A DNA stretch of 64,000 nt from Macrostomum lignano (Eukaryota). Shown here piece after piece: positions 12,501-24,200 of this stretch. The DNA lies in contig NIVC01000751.1 in the NCBI GenBank assembly GCA_002269645.1, positions 124,001 through 188,000 of the forward strand, read 5' to 3'. Both the position numbers and the translations under genes were made by a program. Each line of letters begins with the position of its first letter. Position 1 is the stretch's first letter. The notes below the pieces were generated by a model. The model was not told the DNA's origin. It saw only the letters and a program-made list of their open reading frames with translations, and ran no database searches.

Positions 12501-13517
12501 ATGAAAGATGAAAAAGTGGCGCCGAAGCGACGGTGCATGGGGGGCTATTTTATATAAAATATAACTTAAATTTTCGGCATCAAGTTGAGAGTCGAGGACC
12601 ACTATGCCCCCGCCATTTAGTGACCAAAAAGAAGAAGTAAAATGCTTTTGCTGCAAGAGCGACGAGGAGAGAGTATAGCGCAAGGGAGGGTTGGGCAAAA
12701 GAATTCAAATCAAAAGAAGACTGAAAAGGCAACGCCGAAAGCCGAAGGCTATGTATGAAATGAAAGCATATAAAAGCAAGCAACAATTGCTTCTAGTTTT
12801 TGAAATAGAACAGAAGGCAACAATGACATCGCTAAAAGAGATTTATACTGTCCATTTCTCTAGTCCTAGAGTATAGATCTACGCGCATTCCAACTTGGAA
12901 CAGTTGCAACTGTTGCGAGGGCCCACTATCGGAGCAGTGAAGCGATGAGAACAAGAAAAGAAGGCGGTTGAAAAGAAGCCATTTTTTTGTAAAGCTTTCG
13001 TTAAGATTCTTTTTTATTACTAATACTATTTACTGCACAGTGCATTCGTACAATATATATTTCTTAAAATTGAAATGTTTTTTTTCAATTTTAGAATTTA
13101 GATTTCTATTGGCTATTGCCTATAACTTGCTAATTTTAAGCATTACTCGTGATTGTCGAACATAATCTTAAATTTTATATAGGGTAGACTGCACTGGCGT
13201 AAGATGAAACCTTACAATTCAAGGCTCGAGCTTCTAATTTCGAAGATCGCCCAATTCAATTCAAAAGATTGAATTTCAAACCATAACATAATAGAATTTA
13301 AAAAAACTTACACTTTCGTATTCCTTGGTAGCAGAGCGGCTACACTAAAGTCTGTTGTTCCCGTCTTCTTGTTGTTATTGTTACTGCTGTTGCTATTATT
13401 GTTGTTGTTGCCAACGCTAACTAACGACTGCACTGCAGAAGCAGAATCTTGTTCGTCTTTTTGCTGTCGTTCCTCCTTGACGAGGTTCTGGTTGCTGGTG
13501 ATTACTGAATCACCCAT
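3568..13517 (-). CDS. Multi-C2H2 zinc-finger protein (12 fingers, about 1250 aa), 7 exons, one apparent 1-nt frameshift
   Basis: Exons 13517-13312, 10900-10677, 9205-8107, 7450-7102, 6620-6220, 5516-4147, 3664-3568; all introns GT-AG with matching phases. Fingers 7 (CGLC...MAR|HLSGAH) and 8 (CSVC...KHIK|VAH) are completed only across predicted junctions. As given, exon 6 stops at 4262; adding one G at 4358-4361 restores finger 12 and the splice to exon 7. Confidence 0.85.
3765..3897. repeat. 23-bp G-rich minisatellite in ZnF intron 6
   Basis: GGGGCAGGGAGTGGGGTATGTTT units at 3803, 3826, 3849, 3872. Confidence 0.9.
6660..7080. repeat. 16-bp minisatellite GATGATTATCAGGTAG in ZnF intron 4
   Basis: Directly visible. 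Confidence 0.9.
7545..8090. repeat. 19-21-bp minisatellite GGATCAGAATGGGATTTAG in ZnF intron 3
   Basis: Directly visible. Confidence 0.9.
9225..10625. repeat. 29-bp minisatellite GGTGTGTTTATCGGGGCTGTCAACCATCA in ZnF intron 2, split by a MITE
   Basis: Near-perfect units at 9650-9990, degenerate units on either side. Confidence 0.9.
10017..10314. mobile_element. hAT-like MITE (298 bp) inside the 29-bp minisatellite
   Basis: 8-bp direct repeat ATTATCCA at 10009-10016 and 10315-10322; imperfect 14-bp TIRs CATACACGCGCAAC / CATACATGAGCAAC. Confidence 0.8.
11510..11945. repeat. 21/25-bp minisatellite (GGCA)GGCACTCATTTTGGCGCCGCA in ZnF intron 1
   Basis: Directly visible. Confidence 0.95.
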
Positions 13518-15829
13518 TGAATTAAAACAAAAAGAGGAGTCCCAATCAAATATTAAGTAGTAGATAATCTAAGCACAAGCTAAGTTACTTGACTGCTCAG
13601 TTACAGATAATTAACTCAAGTGTTAAAGCAACTAGTGAATGCTGAGAGCTAGAAGTGGCGGGGTATTTATTAGGCCCGGCTGGAGTCAGCCCACTAAGCT
13701 TTAGAAAGAGAGGAGGCAAGGAAGGGCAGAGAAGAAGTCCGACAAACCCCTCAGCAGAGCCTCCCCCTCCCCCTATCTTCGGCTGTGTGGAACGCGAGGG
13801 GGCGCTCCCGCGCGGGAGGAGTCAATTGATGCGAGAAAGCACAAGCGGCGGGGCAAAAGTGGGCGCTTGGCTGCGATTGGTTGGCGGAGTGGCGGGTTTG
13901 GGGGGGGGGGTTGGCCAAGCCTCCTCCAGTCTTTGGGGCAGGGCGGGGTTTATTAGCCTGCGCGATTGAACTGATGGTTTCCTCCAAGATAGTTAGTATA
14001 TACTCAGACGGCGCTTCTTGTATAATTCCTTTTATTTCAACACTACCTTCGTCTTCTCCTCGCGCCTTATCTACCAACCTTAACCTTGCGACCGCCCTGT
14101 GTCATTCTGTTCTGAATCTGATTGCTCTAGCAAAGTGAAATACGGGAGGGCCAAATTGTTCTTCGCACTGTCTTAGATGGGTAGAGCCGAGGAGGTGGTG
14201 GGTGCTTTATTGATTTTTTGAGCTAAGGCGCGGGCCGCGGTTTTCCGTTTTTCACTTTAAATACAGAAGGGGTTGCCGTCTGCCGGTCGGTGTCTTTTGT
14301 TGTGCGTATATACGCTTTTTGGTTTGGTGATTCTTGTTAGATAGGTGTGATGTGATAAAAGATGTGCACATAATAAGTCTGGGTTTTTATCTGAGGCTCG
14401 ACTGTGATTTTGATAGCAATTATGCTGGTTATTTTGGCTATTGTATTGTCATTAAACCAATTAACAAACTGTGCCGGCTCCGGTTGAGCCTGAGGCAACA
14501 CCGCCAAACAGGATATTTAAGAAATTTAATTTCACTCGCACTTACATGTTAAGTATAATATGTAGCAATTTTCTCACTTGCAGGTGCAGCTTTAATCTTA
14601 TGTAGTCTTACATATATTTGAAATTATTCAAAAGCAAGGCTGAATAACTTTTTCTTCTGTCGTGCAGGTGCAGGTAGGGATTTATCTATTAGGAGCTAAT
14701 CTGAAATTGCAAGACCACCCAACTTTTCGCAAGCTTTTATACAGGAGGACAACAGCAGAGAAGGGAAGAGCCGGGACGCGTTCAAGAATTCAGACAAGAC
14801 AATAGGAGTAGGAGAGAGAGAGAGAGAACGGGAAAGAAAGCTTGAGTTGATGATGATGAGGCTTGTAGGAGTTGCGCGCTGTCCAGCTGCCCCAAAGATT
14901 CCAATCCGGCCTCATTGCGGTGCTGCTGCCGGATCGTGAAAGATTAAGCAATTGAGTCCCAATCCGAAGCGAAGCCCGGATTAATCTTTCATGAGAACAG
15001 CCTCCCCCCGTGGCGTTTGCCTCTCCCCCTCGCTCTCTCTGTGCTGATCTCCTCTGCAAGGAGTTTTTATATCGCGGATCGCGCGGGAGCATCTCTCGAA
15101 ACGAAACAATGGGGATACGATAGGAGGATGCCGAGAGTCAGTCAGCGGTCCTAGATTGCGGCAGTGCAGAAGCAGCCGCCTGTCTGCATGCATCGTAAAA
15201 ATTCAGCCGGCAAACCCTCTCCCTCGAGTCCCCCCCCCATGTCCTGACCCTGCTGCTCCGCTTGCCACATGCATAATGCAAAGACGCCAAGCCAGAGCAG
15301 AACTTGAAACGCATAACTGCGCACAGCCTCTCTCAGAGCTGACCCTTTGATTTTTGATTGTCTTTCCAGCGCTGCCTGCCAACGATGCCTGGCTGAAATA
15401 CCTGTCCAAGTTCAACTCCTTTCCTTCACTTCATCATTCTCTAAAATCGCGTGAGGAGGCTGGGGGAACGGGGAAAGAAAATCAGGAGAAGGGAGGCTGA
15501 TTAGTCTGAGAGATAAGCGCACAGCTGGCTTGCTTCATCCTTTCTGCGGGGAATCGTTATTTTTTATTGTATCACCGCGTGCAAACTCCCATCCAGCAGT
15601 TTCTTTTAATCCCCATTGTTCTCAAGCAGGATTCATCGCAATTAATTAACTATTCTATTAGCGTCGTGCCAAACCGAAAGGACTTGGGAGCAGTGTTGGC
15701 ACTGGGGAGGGTCAAGGGACGCGCGGACGCCCTCTTCCTTCGGCGGAAACCCGGAAAAATACAAATGGAAAGAACCAAGCGAATTTTCGCTAACATACAG
15801 GCCAGCGCCCTTGCGATCCCTCAATGGAC

Positions 15830-16330
15830 CTTGACTCCCTGGGATCTGCCCCCTCTTTGGGCCCTGGACCCCCCCCCCCGGGATCCGCCCCTCTCTTTGG
15901 GCCTTGACCCCCGGGATCCGCCTCCCCTCTTTCTTTGGGCCTTGAGCCCCCGGGATCCGCCCTTCTCTTTGGGCCTTGATTTGACCTCCCCCCGTTATCC
16001 GCCCTTCTCTTTGGGCCTTGATTTGACCTCCCCCCAGAATCCGCCCCCATTTGGGCCTTGACCCCCGGCATCCGCCCCTCTTTGGGCCTTAACCCTCCGG
16101 GATCCGCCCCCTCTTTGGGCCTTGACCCCCCGGGATCCGCCCCCCTCTTTTGGCCTTGACCTCCGGGATCCGCCCCCCCCTCTTTGGCCTTGACCCCTGG
16201 GATCCGCCCCTTTCTTTGGGCCTTGACCCCCCCCCGGGATCCGCCCCCCTCTTTGGGCCTTGACCTCCGGGATCCGCCCCCCCCCTCTTTGTGCCTTGAG
16301 CCCCTGGCATCCGCCCCTTTGGGTCTTGAC
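15830..16330. repeat. About 31-33-bp minisatellite GGGATCCGCCCCCTCTTTGGGCCTTGACCCCCC
   Basis: Directly visible; C-run lengths vary. Confidence 0.9.
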
Positions 16331-17696
16331 CCCCATTATCCGCCCCCTAACCGAATTTCGGTTGCGTCACTGAAGGAGTCCCAAATCAAAGAGTTCCAGA
16401 CACTAGCCTGAAGGCTTGAGAGTTGCAGGTTGGGGAGGGGGGCAACTGACCTCCTCGACCTCCCCGTATGGATCAATTAATAATCTCAGTGCTGTCGGAG
16501 GGGGACAGCTACCTCAGGCTTGAATTTGAATGAATGCAGAGAGGCGTTTATCATATGCACGCACCAGGTGGCTCGCACTGCGGGATACCCTGAATAACTC
16601 TCTATACCCTGAATGCCCTGATAATGCAGAGTCGAAGTGAGCTCCAGAGGAATGGGGAGTTATTTCATAATTAATAATCAGCAGACAATAGATTATCGTT
16701 TGAAGCATCCCATTATTAGTGTATAGAGTCCCCACGTCTGTCTGGAGCAGTTATACTTTCAAATTATTCGTGGAGAAAGACGAGTTAACTTTGAGTTTTC
16801 AAATAAAGATAATTAATAATTATATGAGCCTTCAAAAATGTTTTCCAAGAAATAAAGAAACAATATTTGCCAGCAGAAGCTCTTTCAAAGATTTTTCAAA
16901 TGTTCTGGGTTTATCTAACCTGTTTGGATGACATCAGAGCTACATTTAAATAGTCAGATAGATTGCAGTTGATACCATATTAATCAGAAGAAGCACACGG
17001 AATACACTTACGGCCGGGTGAGCTGTGCTGCAGAAACCAGAAGAGAAAAAACTCAGCGCGCATCAGTTAATCATGGCTTCTCTTATCCTTGACAAACTCT
17101 GGCCCGCATTCAGATAGACGCTCGTATCAAAAAATTGTCGGCTTCAAAAGAAGCTACTTAGTCATGCGCGAATTAAGACGCTTGTAAGAGCAGCTAACGA
17201 AGAAAAAAAGCAATTCATATCTATAACCTGAGAATTGCAAAACTCTAAGTTCTTGCACAGTCGCTATAAATATAGAGTTTATAAATATGCAGACAAATAT
17301 ATATTTCTTTAAAGGCAACCTGCTCCCTACTAATGCAATTGTTGCTTCTTTATACTGCAATTAATTTATAATTATTGCGCACAATATTATTATTATAACA
17401 GGCCAACTTTGATAAACGAAATACGAATATGCCCATCAGGTCAAAAATTTTTTGCTCCAAAAGAAGAAGCAAATTAATTTGAACTTTCAAAAAACAGTAT
17501 CGAGAGCAAAAGAGAGACGGACAGGTGCACAGGATGGTTAGATAAGAATTCAATATATCTTATTGCGCAGTGCACTGCTCAGTGCAACAATAGTGCCTTC
17601 TCAAGACTTTTAAGTGCATTATAATTGGAGGTTTATAAATAGGGCATCGATTTGAGTGTTTTCACTTGGAAAAGCGAGAGATAAAACAGGAAGATC

Positions 17697-18575
17697 GAGA
17701 TAGACCAGGGAGAGATAGACCAGGGAGAGATAGACAAGGGAGAGATAGACCAGGGAGAGATAGACCAGGGAGAGATAGACCGGGGAGAGATAGACCGGGG
17801 AGAGATAGACCGGGGAGAGATAAACCACGAAGAGATAGACTGGGGAGAGATAGACAAGGGAGAGATAGAGCAGGGAGAGATAGACCGGGGAGAGATAAAC
17901 CACGAAGAGATAGACTGGGGAGAGATAGACCAGGGAGAGATAGACCAGGGAGAGATAGACAAGGGAGAGATAGAGCAGGGAGAGATAGACAAGGGAGAGA
18001 TAGACCGGGGAGAGATAGACAAGGGAGAGATAGACCAGGGAGAGATAGACAAGGGAGAGATAGAGCAGGGAGAGATAGACAAGGGAGAGATAGAGCAGGG
18101 AGAGATAGACAAGGGAGAGATAAACCAGGGAGAGATAGACAAGGGAGAGATAAACCAGGGAGAGATAGACAAGGGAGAGATAGAGCAGGGAGAGATAGAC
18201 AAGGGAGAGATAAACCAGGGAGAGATAGACAAGGGAGAGATAAACCAGGGATAGATAGACAAGGGAGAGATAGATCAGGGAGAGATAGACCAGGGAGAGA
18301 TAGACCAGGGAGAGATAGAGCAGGGAGAGATAGACCAGGGAGAGATAGACAAGGGAGAGATAGACCGGGGAGAGATAGACCGGGGAGATAAACCACGAAG
18401 AGATAGACTGGGGAGAGATAGACCAGGGAGAGATAGACAAGGGAGAGATAGAGCAGGGAGAGATAGACAAGGGAGAGATAGAGCAGGGAGAGATAGACAA
18501 GGGAGAGATAAACCAGGGAGAGATAGACCAGGGAGAGATAGACCAGGGAGAGATAGACAAGGGAGAGATAGAGCA
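17697..18575. repeat. 15-bp purine-rich minisatellite GGGAGAGATAGACCA
   Basis: About 58 units. Confidence 0.95.
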
Positions 18576-19394
18576 CGAGACTTACAATGCAGTATGAGAC
18601 AGAAGAGCAGCAAGAGTTTATCTGCACCAGAGCTTCAGACGGAGACAGACAGCAACAGATGAGATTACACAGCACACAGAGCCGTCAACTTCAATGCAGA
18701 GGCAGCACATCAAAAGCTACAAAAATACAGAATTAAGCAGAGTATCCAAATTCCTTCGTCAAAGTTTCGCTATTAGACAAGCAACCAAATCTCTAATCTC
18801 TCTCTAGAGAGAGAGCTTGCAAGCCGAAGAGAAACATAAATTTTCTTGTTTATCCAATCAATTACACTTGCTCCGGTGTTTGCAGTAAGTCAAGTAACCA
18901 TTCCGTCAATGCTAGTCGGACCATGTCTTACAAAAAAAGTTGCAAAAAAAGATGCTCACGCGTTGGGTGTTTATTTTCTCTAAGCCGAATTCTATCGGAT
19001 TGCTACACAGAAAACACGAAGAAAAAAGCTCAATATAGTCGGGTGCAAGTCTGCGCTTGCTGTTGGAGTTCCTAGCAGAGGGGGATGAGCCACCTAGCCG
19101 AGCCAGCCGGCAAGTCACTTAAGGAAACCGTGGCGCGATGTTTTCTTAAAATGTATCATGGGGGCACGAAACAGCTGCACGTACACTGCTCCTGCTAATA
19201 TCTGATTTTGCACATTATAGATGCTCTACATATTTAGACTGCTTACTACAATAGATTAATTCAACTAATGCTCTTCTCTCACTACATCTGAATTCTTGTT
19301 CTGAGTGAAATTTTTAGTATCCTTATCCTTACCTCATGACTGTCACTGTACTCTACTTCTCACTCTCACTCCTGTCTAGGCTCTATATGTCACT

Positions 19395-20160
19395 GTGATT
19401 CCCCTCTATCCCTCACTATCACTCCCCTCTATCCTCTTACTGTCACTCCCCTCTATCCCTCTTGCTGTCATCACTGCCTCTATTCCTCACTGTCACTCTA
19501 ATCTATCCCTCACTGTCACCCCCACTATCCCTCAATGTCACTCCCTCTATCCCTTACTGTCACTTCCATCTATCCCTCACTGTCACTCCCATTTATCCCT
19601 CACTGTCACCCCCACTATCCCTCAATGTCACCCCCACTATCCCTTACTGTCACTTCCATCTATCCCTCACTGTCACTTCCATCTATCCCTCACTGTCACT
19701 CCCATCTATCCCTCACTGTCACTCCCATCTATCCCTCACTGTCACTCCCATTTATCCCTCACTGTCACTCCCATCTATCCCTCACTGTCACTCCCATCTA
19801 TCCCTCACTGTCACTCCCATCTATATCTTACTCTCACTCCCATCTATCCCTCACTGTCACTCCCATCTATCGCTCACTGTCACTCCCATCTATCCCTCAC
19901 TGTCACTCCCATTTATCCCTCACTGTCACTCCCATCTATATCTTACTGTCACTCCCTCGGTCCCTCAATGTCACTCCCCTCTATCCCTCACCGTCACTCT
20001 CTCTATCCCCCAATGTCACTTCCATCTATCCCTCTTACTGTCACTCCCATCTATCCCTCACCGTCACTCCCATTTATTCCCAATGTCACTCCCATCTATC
20101 CCTCTTACTGTCACTCCCATCTATCCCTCACCGTCACTCCCTCTATCCCTCACTGTCACT
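19395..20160. repeat. 23-bp minisatellite CCCTCACTGTCACTCCCATCTAT
   Basis: Directly visible. Confidence 0.9.
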
Positions 20161-20719
20161 CTCTATTCATTGCTATTTACTACTAAAAGCAACTGAAATA
20201 ACGGACAAGCAACAAAAATCAGTTTAAACTTGAACGGCAATGAAACGAAAACCAATCGTCATCGACAAGCAGTCGGTCTCGCAGTTGTTTATTTTAAAAT
20301 ATGTTTTGTTTGCTTACAAACAAACTTATTGAACGGAGCGCACTCTACTGAAAATAATAATAAATGTAAAAGCGGCTGTGCTGTTACAAAGATGGTTGCC
20401 AATATACCAGTACGCAGCTTTCAAATTTTAAAACGAATAATTATTACAAGAAACATTAGTTTACTTTAGTGTGCCAGCATACTTACATAAACACTTGAAC
20501 TTACAGTTAGAGAGTCATATTTCGAGCCGAAAACTGACTTGCAACCAACCAGCCAAGCAGTTATTTTTATGCAAGGCAATTCGCACGGCAAAAACAGCAC
20601 AATGGGAAGCTGCCGTTATTTCTGTAGCACAAAGCTAATATAAATACGTATATCATATGTAACACATTCGTTCACCGGCTTCTGCACAGAATTTACATAA
20701 TCTTCTCACTACAATTCTA

Positions 20720-21055
20720 CCTAATATCCCTACAAATCCATAATCTCCCAACAAATCTCCCAAATATCCCTACAAATCTCCCCAATATCCCTACAAATCT
20801 CCCTAATATCCCTACAAATCTCCCCAATATCCCTAAAAATCCATAATCGCCCTACAAATCTCCCCAAAATCCCTACAAATCTCCCTAATATCCCTACAAA
20901 TCTCCCCAATATCCCTACAAATCCATAATCTCCCTACAAAACTCCCTAATCCCTACAAATCTCCCCAATATCCCTACAAATCTCCCTAATGTCCCTACAA
21001 ATCTCCCGAATATCCCTACAAATCTCCCGAATATCCCTACAAATCTCCCTAATCT
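20720..21055. repeat. 21-bp minisatellite ATCCCTACAAATCTCCCCAAT
   Basis: Directly visible. Confidence 0.9.
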
Positions 21056-21225
21056 CTCAAGAAATGTTTACAAAATTTGCATTAAGTACCTCATATAATA
21101 ACTTAGTGTTTACCTTTAAAAGTACAATTTCCTAGAAACGGGCCAGATCAGTTACAAAAAGCAGCGAACAAACAGCAGAGAACAGCTTCCAACAGCAAAA
21201 TCAATACAACAAACATTTATTGCTT

Positions 21226-24200
21226 TCATTTCTTCGACGCGGACGACTTCGAAACTGATGGCGCTCTGGACGATTTTCTTTGCCGACTGTTTGACCGACC
21301 GCCGTTGCCTTCGCTGCTGCCGCTCTCCTCGTCGCCGCCTCCCCGATCCCGACGATGTCGTTTGGCTTCGGTTTCGCCGGAACCGCTTGGCGATCGGAGA
21401 ACAATCGTGGCCGAACCGGAGGCCGCTTCGCCGGAACCGGAAGCTGCGGCGGCGGCGGCACTTCGCTTTGATCCGCTGGTTGTTTCCGACGATGTGGGCG
21501 CGGCCGAGGCGGCAGGCGCGGCGGCAGACCGTTGATGCTGATGCTCGGTTCGTCGACGCTTTGCATCCGGCTGCTGCTGCTGTTGCTGCTGCTGCTGCTC
21601 GGCTGCTCTACTAGGAGAAGCGCCTGGCGCTTTGCCAGGATTGGCCGTCGAACCGGCGCGACGAATCGAAGCGGTAACGGCGGCGGCCGCGTGCGGGCCG
21701 CCATTGGTGGCGTCGGATTTCTCCACTTTCTCCTACAATAAGAGGCATTACACTTTCTAGCTTAGTTTACTTGCATTTCTACTGGCAGTAGCGTAAGTGG
21801 GTCGATGCTTATGTTATTCAAATTCAATCTTTAAACTAAATTAAACTAAATTAAATTAAATTAAAAGACTAAAAGACATGGAATCTGTACATTCCTCATT
21901 GAATCTATATACATTCCCCATTGAATCTGTGCACATTCCCCATTAAATCTGTGCACATTCCCCATTGAATCTATATACATTCTCTATTGAATCTGTACAT
22001 TCCCCAATTGAATCTGTACATTCCCCAGTTGAATCTGTACATTCCCCAATGAAATCTGTACATTCCCCAGTTGAATCTGTACATTCCCCATTGAATCTGT
22101 ACAATACCCATGAAATCATTACATTTTCATTGAATCTGTACATTCCCCAATGAAACTGTACATTCCCCATTGAATCTGTACATTCCCTATTGAATCTATG
22201 TAAGTTATCCATTAAATATGTACATTCCCCATGTAATCTGTACATTTTCCATTGAATCTGCACATTCTCTATGTAATCTGTACATTCCCTACTGCCCACA
22301 CAACCCACCTTCTTGTGGAAGGCCTCCTCGGGCACCCATTCGGTTTTGCGCTTCTTCAGCATGCCCAGGTAGCTGATCGCCATGGCCTCCAGGTCCTTGC
22401 GCTTCTCCCGCTCCGCTTGGCGAAGCTTCTCAACGCGACGCTCGACGGCGGAGCCGAACTGTTGAATTCGCGGATAGTAGGCCAGTATGCGGATGAGCAC
22501 GAGTAGGGCGTTGCGAATTAGCGCGTAGTTGCCGTGCTCCAGACAGGCGATGAAGGCCTTGGTGATGCTGCGGATTTGGGAATGAATATTATTGACTGAT
22601 AAATTAACACGGCAATTCTGGGAGACTGGCCCAGCAACTGAGGATCTGGGAGGCTGGCCCAGCAACTGAGGATCTGGGAGGCTGGCCCAGCAACTGAGGA
22701 TCTGGGAGGCTGGCCCAGCAACAGAGGATCTGGGAGGCTGGCCTAGCAACTGAGGATCTGGGAGGCTGGAAGCTCAGCAACTGATGATCTGGGAGGCTGG
22801 CCCAGCAACTGAGGATCTGGGAGGCTGGAAGCTCAGCAACTGAGGATCTGGGAGGCTGGAAGCTCAGCAACTGAGGATCTGGGAGGCTGGCCTAGCAACT
22901 GAGGATCTGGGAGGCTGACCCAGCAACTGAGGATCTGGGAGGCTGGAAGCTCAGCAACTGATTATCTGGGAGGCTGGCCCAGCAACTGAGGATCTGGGAG
23001 GCTGGAAGCTCAGCAACTGATGATCTGGGAGGCTGGCCCAGCAATTGGGGATCTGGGAGGCTGGCCCAGCAACTGGGGATCTGGGAGGCTGGAAGCTCAG
23101 CAACTGATGATCTGGGAGGCTGGCCCAGCAACTGAGGATCTGGGAGGCTGGAAGCTCAGCAACTGATGATCTGGGAGGCTGGCCCAGCAACTGGGGATCT
23201 GGGAGGCTGGCCCAGCAACTGAGGATCTGGGAGGCTGGCCCAGCAACTGACACTCTAGGAGGCTGACCCAGCAACTGAGGATCTGGTAGGCTGGAAGCTC
23301 AGCAACTGAGGATCTGGGAGGCTGGCTCAGCAACTGAGGATCTGGGAGGCTGGAAGCTCAGCAACTGAGGATCTGGGAGGCTGGCCCAGCAACTGACACT
23401 CTAGGAGGCTGACCCAGCAACTGAGGATCTGGGAGGCTGGAAGCTCAGCAACTGAGGATCTGGGAGGCTGGAAGCTCAGCAACTGAGGATCTGGGAGGCT
23501 GGCCAGCAACTGACACTCTAGGAGGCTGACCCAGCAACTGAGGATCTGGGAGGCTGGAAGCTCAGCAACTGAGGATCTGGGAGGCTGGCCAGCAACTGAC
23601 ACTCTAGGAGGCTGACCCAGCAACTGAGGATCTGGGCGGCTGGCCCAGCAACTGAGGATCTGAGCGGCTGGCCAGCAACTGACACTCTGGGCGGCTGGCG
23701 CGCAGACAGACACTCACCGGTAGTGCCACTTGTGCACAACATGTCGGTAGTTCTCGTAGCTCAGCTGATCCGGCCCCTTACTAGACGGGGCACCGTCGAC
23801 GCCTTTTCTGAACACCGTGCTGAACCCTGGGTAGCCTTCGCACTCCCGTTTGTACACGTCAACGCTGGAGTGCCACTTCATGATGGTGTCCAGCATGGTC
23901 TTGAGGAAGCGACCGTAGCGCCTGGCCTCATTCTCGGTCAGGCAGGCCAGCGGCAGGGTGATGTCGTTGAAAATCCGATCGAAGCAGATCAGAGTGGAGA
24001 AATTGGCGGTCTTGGAGGCGTGCAGAATGTAGATGAACTTGGCCGAGTACACCGCGTCCTGGGCTGTGAACAGGATCCGCGGGAACACGCAAAACTGCAG
24101 GAAAGTGGTCACCGTGTCAGTCTTGGTTGATCGCTGCGTGTGAAACCACAGGTCTTTGTCTTTGGCGATGCGGGCTCGAACTCGGGACACGTGGGTGGCC

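Noticed and set aside
14560-14690. Two plus-strand acceptor-like sites (TTGCAG|GTGCAG)
   Set aside because: No coherent exon or ORF could be built; too weak without RNA data.
17619-20227. RD-rich, LSLPG and HCHSH repeat proteins
   Set aside because: Translations of the 15- and 23-bp minisatellites, open in several frames, with no splice or domain support.
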